Assembly: GCA_035529075.1 (NCBI GenBank)
Contig: DATKXK010000014.1
Location: 76,264-140,263 of the forward strand
Reading direction: 5' to 3'
DNA from: Acidobacteriota bacterium
GTDB lineage: Bacteria; Zixibacteria; MSB-5A5; GN15; FEB-12
DNA length: 64,000 nt
The notes beneath the pieces were generated by a model. The model did no database searches. It saw nothing but the letters and a program-made list of their open reading frames with translations, and was not told the DNA's origin. Of this stretch, positions 17,519-25,566 are shown piece by piece (the first letter of the stretch is position 1; every line of letters starts with the position of its first letter). A program made the position numbers and the translations under genes.

Positions 17519-19195
17519 CTACGCCGGTTGAGGCACTCGGACCGCCATGGGGAGGTCGATAGTGACCGTGGTACCTTCGCCCGGAGCCGAGTCGATCGAC
17601 AGTTCGCCGCCGTGGTTCTCGATTATCCGCTGGCAGACAACCAGTCCGAATCCGTGGCCGGTCGGCTTGGTCGTGAAGCGCTGGCTGAACGCCTTCTCCA
17701 GTAGTTCCGGCTCGATCCCGACGCCGTTATCGGAGACCGTGACCCGGAACGATTCCCGCTCAGGATCGGTCATCACGGAAACGGCGATCTGCCCGTCGCC
17801 CTTCTCCTGAGTGGCGTCGGCGGCGTTGTTAAAAACGTTGTACAGCAACTGCTGGATCTGCATGGCATCGGCCTGGAACGGGATTTCGTCGGCCAGCTCT
17901 ATGATGTCGATCTGAACGTCTCGAAACCGCCGCTGAGGCGTCAGGTACTCGATGACTTCCCGGATAACGCGGTCGAAGTACAGGATCTCCTTGCGGGAAG
18001 AGATTGGATGGAGATCCATCAGGTTGGCCGTGAACGTCTTTATCTTCTCGATAGTCTCAGCCGCTGTTTTGACGTGCCGGCTCGCCTCCCGGTGGTCCTG
18101 TTTTTTCAGGTGGACGTCCAGCAGGGAAATGCTGCCCGCAATTACTCCCAGAAAGTTGTTCAGTTCGTGGCCGATCTCCGCCGACATCTGGCCGCGCGTA
18201 GCCATCTTCTCCAACTCGATGGTTTCATCCTGAAGTTCCTTGAGACGGGCGTACGCCTGGCGTGACTGTTCCAGCAGTGACAGGTTTTCCAGCGTGATGG
18301 CCAGCTGGCTGGCGGTGATGGCCAGAAACTGCAGGGTTCGGCCGGAGAGCTTGACGGTGTCGTCCTCGAAACCCAGCATGATCATGCCATAGAACCCGTC
18401 GGCGCGCGTCACCGGGACGACCACCATGTGCAGATTCTCGTGCATCCAGTCAGGGCACAGGTAAGGTTTCAGATTCGGGTCCGGGTTATGCTTGAATACC
18501 GGGTGTTCCTCAAAGCTGGAAATGATGACCGGCTCTCGCAACAGGTCGGATTCGGCTGAATCCAGGCAGGAAGCCAGGGGTTCTTTGGCCAGAGACCGCT
18601 CCTGGGTGGAATCGTCGTTGATCGACACCATGATAAAGCGATCCTGGTCGGGGTCGACGAACAGAATGGAGCCGTGGTCGGCGTGCTGGTGCATCAGCGC
18701 GAACTTCAGCGATGAAACGATCAGCGACTTGCGGTCACCGGCGTGGAAGAGCATGTAGTTCAGATCGGAGAGCCCTTTGAGCTGGTGGTCGGGGCTGCGC
18801 TCTTCGGCTTCGAGCTTCTTCTGGACAGCGCTGTGCACGGCCTGGCGGATCTCCATCAACTCGAACGGCTTCATTATGTAGTCAATGGCCCCCTGCTTGA
18901 TCGCCTCCTTGGCGGAGCTGAGGTTGGCGTAGCCGGTCATGAACAGGACGGCTATGTCGGGCGCCTGCTCCCGGACCCGCCGCACCAGTTCAATGCCGTC
19001 CGTACCGGGCATACGGATGTCGCTGAGTATCAGGTCGAACGGCCCGCCACACATCTGGCGCAGCGCCTCGTCTGCGTTGGACGCCGTGACTACCTCCCAC
19101 CCCTCGTCTTCCAGCGCGTCCGTGACCAGCGAAAGCACGATTTCTTCGTCGTCAACGACGAGAATGCGGAATGTCCGTTCTTGCGACAGACTCAT
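17519..19195 (-). CDS. Hybrid response regulator / histidine kinase (REC - GAF-like - HisKA - HATPase)
   Basis: ILVVDDEE...DLILSDIRMPG receiver domain. H-box AEIGHELNNFL. N/G boxes NAADAT, DNGVGI and GHGFGL. Confidence 0.85.
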   Translation of the reverse strand: MSLSQERTFRILVVDDEEIVLSLVTDALEDEGWEVVTASNADEALRQMCGGPFDLILSDIRMPGTDGIELVRRVREQAPDIAVLFMTGYANLSSAKEAIKQGAIDYIMKPFELMEIRQAVHSAVQKKLEAEERSPDHQLKGLSDLNYMLFHAGDRKSLIVSSLKFALMHQHADHGSILFVDPDQDRFIMVSINDDSTQERSLAKEPLASCLDSAESDLLREPVIISSFEEHPVFKHNPDPNLKPYLCPDWMHENLHMVVVPVTRADGFYGMIMLGFEDDTVKLSGRTLQFLAITASQLAITLENLSLLEQSRQAYARLKELQDETIELEKMATRGQMSAEIGHELNNFLGVIAGSISLLDVHLKKQDHREASRHVKTAAETIEKIKTFTANLMDLHPISSRKEILYFDRVIREVIEYLTPQRRFRDVQIDIIELADEIPFQADAMQIQQLLYNVFNNAADATQEKGDGQIAVSVMTDPERESFRVTVSDNGVGIEPELLEKAFSQRFTTKPTGHGFGLVVCQRIIENHGGELSIDSAPGEGTTVTIDLPMAVRVPQPA

Positions 19196-19560
19196 GTTTT
19201 CCTGACGGGTTTGAGGATCGCGTCCAGAGTTTCCCGCAACTGGTTCAGTTCGAACGGCTTTCTCAGGAGGTGGTGTCGGCCGGTCCGGTGCACCTTCTCC
19301 GAAAGTGAGTCGGGCAGCGAATCAGTGAAAATGAGCCGCAGTTCGGGTTTTTGCGGGGTAATCTCCTTCATGACGTCGTAACCGTGCATCTTCGGCATGT
19401 GCATGTCGCAAATGCAGACGTCGTAATCGTTGCTCAAGGCCATTTGCAGCCCCTCCGGGCCGTCGGCTGATACATCTACCTCGTGGCCGAGTTCAGTGAG
19501 AAAATCCGTCAGCAGGTTTCTCATCACCAGCGAATCGTCAATTATCAGTATTCTTGCCAT
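19192..19560 (-). CDS. Receiver-only response regulator
   Basis: ILIIDDS, CICDMHMP and LLRKPF motifs. Overlaps the downstream gene by 4 nt. Confidence 0.85.
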   Translation of the reverse strand: MARILIIDDSLVMRNLLTDFLTELGHEVDVSADGPEGLQMALSNDYDVCICDMHMPKMHGYDVMKEITPQKPELRLIFTDSLPDSLSEKVHRTGRHHLLRKPFELNQLRETLDAILKPVRKT

Positions 19561-19573
19561 CGCTCCACCGTTT

Positions 19574-19939
19574 CTAGGCCAGGGCAGTTGTCACCGTCTG
19601 GATCAGTTCCTTGATGCTGAACGGCTTGGACAAAAACGCGCACGCACCGCTGGCAACCGATCGGCTGACCGTGTAGAGACTGGAATAGCCCGAGATCACG
19701 ATCACCCGTGTACTCGGGTCGATCTCCTGTGCTGCCTTGACCACTTCTTCTCCGGGGACTCGCGGCATGCGCAGGTCGGTGATCACCAGGTCGAAACGGC
19801 GCTGCCTCAACCTGGCTATAGCCTCATCACCGTCGCAGGCCAGTGTAACCTCGTAATCTTCCAGTACTTCCGACAGGAAATCGCGGATGATCTCCTCGTC
19901 ATCGACTACGAGTATTGAGTGCCTGTTTTCCGTACTCAT
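19574..19939 (-). CDS. Receiver-only response regulator
   Basis: ILVVDDEE, DLVITDLRMP and FLSKPF motifs. Confidence 0.85.
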   Translation of the reverse strand: MSTENRHSILVVDDEEIIRDFLSEVLEDYEVTLACDGDEAIARLRQRRFDLVITDLRMPRVPGEEVVKAAQEIDPSTRVIVISGYSSLYTVSRSVASGACAFLSKPFSIKELIQTVTTALA

Positions 19940-19951
19940 GCAGGTACCCGG

Positions 19952-21625
19952 CTAACCCCTCAGACTGGTTTCGCTTTCCCTTACTGTATCGGACGAGCGG
20001 GGCGATCTCTGTACCGGCAGAACAACCGTAAAGGTCGTGCCTTCACTCACCTCGGACTTGACGAGAATTTCGCCCCCATGGTCGCGGATTATACCGTAGC
20101 TGACCGAAAGGCCCAGCCCGGTGCCTTTGCCCACCTCCTTGGTCGTAAAGAAAGGTTCAAAGATTTTCTTGAGATTCTCTGCTGATACGCCATGTCCGTG
20201 GTCGATAAAGAGCAGCTCGACGGCGCCGCCGAACTCTCCGACCGCGGGAGAATATCGGCTGACGATCTCGATGGCGGTTCCCTTTTCGGAGGCGTGCATG
20301 GCGTTGATTATGAGATTGGTGAACACTTGCTGAAGCTGCCCGATGTTTCCCTGAATTGTCGGAATGCCCGGCGTCAGCGACACGATCAGTTCAACCTGGT
20401 TGATGCGCAGTTGATGTTCAACGAAGCTGATCGTTTCCTCGATCGCCCTGTTCACCTCGATTTCCTCGAAATCGACCGTCCGCGAGGATCGCGAGAACTT
20501 CAGCAGGTTCTGCACGATGGTCTTGCAGCGCCGCGCCTGGGCCTCGATATCGGAGACGTATTTCACGTAGCTGGCGATATCTTTGGTCGTCGTCTTTTCC
20601 GGGACGTTCTTGGACAGTTTCTCGAGGGTGAACTGGGCGTACCCGAGAATCCCGCCCAGGGGGTTGTTCAACTCGTGAGCCACTCCGGCGGCCAGCTGAC
20701 CGATAGCGCCCATCTTCTCGGATTGAATGAGTTGCGCCTGCGCCTCCTCGAGCTGCCTGGTCCGTTCAATGATCTTCTCTTCCAGCGTCCGATTGTACTG
20801 CTCGATCTCGTCTCGTGACTGTTTGAGAGACTCAATCATCTTGTTGAACGTCTTGGCCAGGTGACCGATCTCGTCGTTACGGTTGATTTCCACCTTCCGA
20901 CTCAGGTCCCCGTGGCTTATCTGATCGGTGACCTTCACCAGTTCCGTGACCGGATTGGTGATGGCACTTACGATGAAGGTGACCAGGATGATGCTGGTCA
21001 GGACGATGAGCAGGGCCAGCACAATGACGACGATGCGCCCTTCGGCGATTGACCGGTTGACGCTTTCTTCCGACAGACCGAGCGCGATGTAGCCGATCAG
21101 CTCCGGCTCGTACGAGTAGGGGATGGACTTGTCCAGTCCGCTCGTGATGCCGAGATTCTCGCGGCTGATCCTCTCGCGCTGGGTCAGCACGGGCGCTGTC
21201 AGAATGAGAATCCCCTGCCCGGAGGAATCCGTGACGTACGATTTGGCCGTCTCGACCTGCTGGTCGCCGGCAAGGTCCCGGACCTTCCATACCGTCGGAC
21301 TGATGGCACAATTACCGGTCCGGGATAACACGTCCCCGGCAAGATTGATGACGATGGCGAACTCGACCGTCTCGAACGGCGCCAGCACTTGCAGGAGGTC
21401 CTCCAACTCGTGGGTGGACTCAAACAGGACACCGCTTTCAGCGTTCATGGCCAGCATCTGTATCATCGTTTTGCCGCTGGTTTCCAGCTCGCGCCGGAAG
21501 CCGTCATCCTGGCGCTTAAGCAGGTAACCACTGGTGATGAGCATGCTGACGACCACCATCGCCGAAATCGGCAGGACGAACCTCGTCCGCAGGTTGACCT
21601 GAATCAGGCGACCAAAGAGGCTCAT
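19952..21625 (-). CDS. Membrane sensor histidine kinase (2 TM, periplasmic domain, HAMP, HisKA, HATPase)
   Basis: HAMP segment NPVTELVKVTDQISHGDLSRKVEI..EIGHLAKTFNKMI. H-box GVAHELNNPLGGI. G-boxes DHGHGV and GTGLGLS. Confidence 0.85.
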   Translation of the reverse strand: MSLFGRLIQVNLRTRFVLPISAMVVVSMLITSGYLLKRQDDGFRRELETSGKTMIQMLAMNAESGVLFESTHELEDLLQVLAPFETVEFAIVINLAGDVLSRTGNCAISPTVWKVRDLAGDQQVETAKSYVTDSSGQGILILTAPVLTQRERISRENLGITSGLDKSIPYSYEPELIGYIALGLSEESVNRSIAEGRIVVIVLALLIVLTSIILVTFIVSAITNPVTELVKVTDQISHGDLSRKVEINRNDEIGHLAKTFNKMIESLKQSRDEIEQYNRTLEEKIIERTRQLEEAQAQLIQSEKMGAIGQLAAGVAHELNNPLGGILGYAQFTLEKLSKNVPEKTTTKDIASYVKYVSDIEAQARRCKTIVQNLLKFSRSSRTVDFEEIEVNRAIEETISFVEHQLRINQVELIVSLTPGIPTIQGNIGQLQQVFTNLIINAMHASEKGTAIEIVSRYSPAVGEFGGAVELLFIDHGHGVSAENLKKIFEPFFTTKEVGKGTGLGLSVSYGIIRDHGGEILVKSEVSEGTTFTVVLPVQRSPRSSDTVRESETSLRG

Positions 21626-22635
21626 CGGTATACCTCCTTGGCGATCGCAATCATGTCGTCCGGGATAGTAACGCTGATATGGCGGGCCGTCTTCTCGTTG
21701 TAGTGAAACCAGATAATGTCGGGCGAAGTGATGCTGATTCCACCCGGGTTCGTTCCCTCAAGTATCCGATTGACAGTCTTCCCGGCCTGTCGGCCGACCG
21801 CTTTGTAGTCAAAATCGAGTGCAAACAGAGCCCCGGATTCGACCACGTAGCGGGAAAAACCCATGAAGGGGACTCCCCGGCGGATCGTATGCAGCAGGAT
21901 GAATTTCGTCGATTGCGGACTGAACAGGTTCGGATCGGCCACGGACCAGATTCCGTCGCAAACCCCGGTCAGGGAATCCAGCGCCCGCGGCAGTTCCTTC
22001 TGGTCGTTCACCTCCAGCGCCACAAGGTCCAGCCCCAGTTGCTGTGCCACCACCTTCGACGGCGGGATGAGCTTGGCCGTGTTGCTCGAATAGAGCACGC
22101 CGATGGTTCGGAGCTTGGGAATGATCTTCCGGAAATTCCGAAACTGGATGTTCACCGGGATATTCAGAGAGGCGCCGGTTATGTTGTGACCGGGGTTCAC
22201 GAGCGATTCCACGAAACCCGAGACGACCGGGTACATGACGGCGGAAAACACGATCGGTGTCCGGGTAAAATTATCCTTGGCGCATTCCGTGGCGCCGCTT
22301 CCGACCGTTAGAATGATGGCCGGCCTGGCGGCTTTGACGGAGTCGATCTGGCGGCTGCACTGGGCCGAATCCGGGGATATAAGGTACTGTATAAAAACAG
22401 CTTCGGGGTGTTGACTCTGGACAACTTTGATGGCCCCGCTGATGGTTCGCAGGGTTGATATCAGGCTGTCCGTGGTCAGAACCGCGACTTTCTGTGCCCG
22501 CGCCTCCCGGGCGTGGCCGACGACCAGCACGGCAAGACACAGTAGTCCCACAAGAGTTCTTTTGGTCCAGTTGCTAGCCAATGAGGGGCACCATAAAATA
22601 GGTAACCAGATCCCTTTTGCGCCGGCCCTTGTCAC
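21622..22635 (-). CDS. Periplasmic ABC-type substrate-binding protein (ABC_sub_bind-like) with no transporter partners nearby
   Basis: KVAVL..., TPIVFSAVMYPVVSGFVESLVNPGHNITG, IGVLYSSN and GVPFMGFSRYVVESGALFAL are colinear with that family as I recall it. There is a 4-nt overlap with the kinase gene. Confidence 0.7.
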   Translation of the reverse strand: MTRAGAKGIWLPILWCPSLASNWTKRTLVGLLCLAVLVVGHAREARAQKVAVLTTDSLISTLRTISGAIKVVQSQHPEAVFIQYLISPDSAQCSRQIDSVKAARPAIILTVGSGATECAKDNFTRTPIVFSAVMYPVVSGFVESLVNPGHNITGASLNIPVNIQFRNFRKIIPKLRTIGVLYSSNTAKLIPPSKVVAQQLGLDLVALEVNDQKELPRALDSLTGVCDGIWSVADPNLFSPQSTKFILLHTIRRGVPFMGFSRYVVESGALFALDFDYKAVGRQAGKTVNRILEGTNPGGISITSPDIIWFHYNEKTARHISVTIPDDMIAIAKEVYR

Positions 22636-22896
22636 TCCGGGTTTCCGGGATGATAAGTGCTCGCCCTGTCTATCGGATAGGTATCGGGATAAATCGGTAA
22701 AAGTTTAATTGACCCCGAGCGTTCCGGGCGAAGTCGGCAACCGCCCGAAAAAACCGTATAAGGTAGAGTCAAGTTTTTCCCCGGTAATCCGATCTTCACA
22801 GATAGTCACCTGCGACAATCATCATTCGACACCGTGAGAGTTTTTGTCAACGTGGACGAATACAAGCGGAACCATTGAAATACTGGAGAGGAAGCC

Positions 22897-25554
22897 TTGA
22901 AAAGACGGTTGTCAAACTTCCTTCCCGCAACCCTGACACTTCTGCTGGTGATCGCGGCAGGACCGGTGCAAGCCGGTGTGACCGGCAAAGTCTCGGGTGC
23001 GGTGGAGGACGGAAACACAGGGGCGCCGGTAATCGGAGCGACGGTTCGCGTTGCGGGCACCAGCCTGGCCACCAAGACTGACGAGGACGGAGAGTACTTC
23101 ATTATCAACGTCCCGGTGGGTAAGTACGACCTGGTCGCCACCCACGTCGGTTTTGAAACGGTCACCCGGAAGGAAGTACGAATACTCGTCGATCTAACAA
23201 CTCCGGTCGACTTCAATCTCGACCAAATAGCGGTCGAGTTGGGGGAGGCGGTGGTCGTGTACGCGTCCGAGCCGATTATTCGGCGGGACCTGACGGCGTC
23301 GCGCAGCATTTTCACGGCTGATCGGTTGAAGAACCTGCCCAATATCGTCACCGTTCAGACCGTGTTGACCAACTACCCGGGAGTGGTGGTCGACCGCGGC
23401 GAAGAACTGCACGTGCGCGGCGGGCGGTCCGGTCAGATTTCATACTACTTCGACGGGTTCTCGGTACAGGATCCGTTCGTGAACAAAGCCGGCATTCGGA
23501 TTATGCCGACCGCTCTCGAGGAGCTTTCGCTGACTTCCGGCGGGTTCACCGCTGAGTACGGCGAGGCCCTTTCGGGCGTGGTTAACGCGGTTACGCGAGA
23601 GGGAGGCCATGCCTACCGCGGCGGCCTGCGGTCCTACGAGGGCTTCACGCACACGTACTCCGTCGGCGACGCCGACTGGGGCCAAATGGACCGGCACGGC
23701 AACCGGTCGCTCAGCTTCGACGTCTCCGGGCCGGTGCCGGGACTTGACGGCAAACGATATTCTTTCTTCGCCGCCGGCGAGTACCTGGACAAGCGGACAC
23801 ACCTTCCCCATGACCGGGAGGCAAGCTACACGACGGCGGCCAAGCTGTCGTTGCAGCCGACGCCCAGGTTGAAACTAAAGTCGAACGTGACGTTCTTCGA
23901 CTCCAATGGCGACCTGTACACGCATCGAGACGTCAACGGGCGGTCGTATGACTTCAACCTTGACGGTTTGCCGTCATTCGAAAAGCGAGCCTACCTGGCC
24001 GGCGTGTCCGGAAACTACCATTTCAACGAACGTACCATCCTGTCGGCCGCGTTCAACCGGTTTTCGACGCGCACGCTCACGGCGCCGGGACACCTGATGG
24101 ACGTTCACTGGAGCCGGTGGCCGGGCTATTCAGAGGATGCGGACGGCACCTACGACGGGACCATCCACGAGGACAACTACGGTAACAACCCGGACAACTC
24201 CGATCCCTATGAGATATTCGGCTTTACCACCGGCGATGACTTCGAACCGACCTACTCGTTTCGCGAGACGAAGTACAGTTCGTTGAGCGGCAGCCTGGTC
24301 AAGCAGGTCGACAAGAACAACCAGGTCAAGGCGGGATTCGAATACCGCCAGTATGACATCGCCAAGGACTTCCGGCAGTTCTATAATACCAAGCCCTACT
24401 ACGAGACGTACGAGGCCAACCCGTTGTACGCGTCGTGCTTCCTCCAGGACAAGATTGAGTACGCCGCCTTCGTCGTCAATGTCGGGCTCCGTTACGACTA
24501 TCGTGACGCCGACATCGAGTACAACTCCACACCGGAGGACACGGTGGCGCACTACAAGGACGCCGATCCCAAGTCCAGGTGGTCGCCGCGCCTGGGCGTC
24601 TCGTTCCCCGTCTCGACGAAGACGGTGATGCACTTCAACTACGGAGTGTACTACCAGATGCCGACCTTCAGGTTTCTGTACTTCAACCCCGAAGGCGACA
24701 TCTCCTCCGGCCTGCCGCTGTTGGGCAATCCGGACCTGGCTCCCGAGCAGACCGCCTCCTATGAACTGGGTCTCGATCACCTGATCGGCGACGACATCCG
24801 CCTGGACGCCACGGCATACTACAAGGACATAAAGGACCTGGTGTCGGCCCGGTCGTTCAGGGTCAGTACGATCACCGTGACGCGGTTCACCAACGACGAT
24901 TACGGCTCAGTCAAGGGATTTGACGTTTCTCTGGAGAAGCTGCCCGGCGACGCCCACTGGAGCGGGTCCGTTTCGTACGGTTATATGCTGGCCAGCGGCA
25001 ACGGGTCCAATGCCCTGGAGCCGTACTACAACCTGAACACCTCGGACACTATCCTGCCGGTCACCGAGTACCCGCTTGACTTCGACCAGCGGCACACGGT
25101 CACGGCCATGGCGGACTGGCACGTCCCACCGCAGTGGAGCGGCAACCTGTTCGGGTTGAAATTGCCGGGTGCCTGGGGTTTCTCCATGGTTGGCTACTAC
25201 GGCTCCGGTCTGCCTTACACCAAGACCGATGCCGACGGCAACCGGTTCGGAGAACGCAACGAAGGCCGGCTGCCCGCCTACTACAGTGTCGATATGCGCT
25301 TTAACAAGGACTTCCGGACGGGCGCCAGCCAGATCCTGACCTTCTTTGTTGAGGTAGATAACGTCTTCAACCGGCGCAACGTGATCGACGTTTTCAGCCG
25401 CACCGGTCTTCCTGACAACGACGCCGTGTCTGTCTCCGGCAGCCTGGCGACCAATCAGGAGGAGATCGATGAGGCCAACCGGTTGTATGATCACGACCCA
25501 CAGCATTATTCCCCGCCGCGGACTATCAGAACGGGGTTTGAGCTAAGCTTTTGA
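22897..25554 (+). CDS. Family A outer-membrane protein (A1): CarboxypepD_reg-like domain + plug + TonB-dependent-receptor-like barrel
   Basis: TTG start after GGAGAGGAAG. Signal peptide present. GKVSGAVEDGNTGAPVIGATVRV...DGEYFIINVPVGKYDL, plug motif LHVRGGRSGQISYYFDGFSVQDP, and C-terminal GFELSF. Confidence 0.8.
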   Translation: MKRRLSNFLPATLTLLLVIAAGPVQAGVTGKVSGAVEDGNTGAPVIGATVRVAGTSLATKTDEDGEYFIINVPVGKYDLVATHVGFETVTRKEVRILVDLTTPVDFNLDQIAVELGEAVVVYASEPIIRRDLTASRSIFTADRLKNLPNIVTVQTVLTNYPGVVVDRGEELHVRGGRSGQISYYFDGFSVQDPFVNKAGIRIMPTALEELSLTSGGFTAEYGEALSGVVNAVTREGGHAYRGGLRSYEGFTHTYSVGDADWGQMDRHGNRSLSFDVSGPVPGLDGKRYSFFAAGEYLDKRTHLPHDREASYTTAAKLSLQPTPRLKLKSNVTFFDSNGDLYTHRDVNGRSYDFNLDGLPSFEKRAYLAGVSGNYHFNERTILSAAFNRFSTRTLTAPGHLMDVHWSRWPGYSEDADGTYDGTIHEDNYGNNPDNSDPYEIFGFTTGDDFEPTYSFRETKYSSLSGSLVKQVDKNNQVKAGFEYRQYDIAKDFRQFYNTKPYYETYEANPLYASCFLQDKIEYAAFVVNVGLRYDYRDADIEYNSTPEDTVAHYKDADPKSRWSPRLGVSFPVSTKTVMHFNYGVYYQMPTFRFLYFNPEGDISSGLPLLGNPDLAPEQTASYELGLDHLIGDDIRLDATAYYKDIKDLVSARSFRVSTITVTRFTNDDYGSVKGFDVSLEKLPGDAHWSGSVSYGYMLASGNGSNALEPYYNLNTSDTILPVTEYPLDFDQRHTVTAMADWHVPPQWSGNLFGLKLPGAWGFSMVGYYGSGLPYTKTDADGNRFGERNEGRLPAYYSVDMRFNKDFRTGASQILTFFVEVDNVFNRRNVIDVFSRTGLPDNDAVSVSGSLATNQEEIDEANRLYDHDPQHYSPPRTIRTGFELSF

Positions 25555-25566
25555 CGGAGCGGAAGT

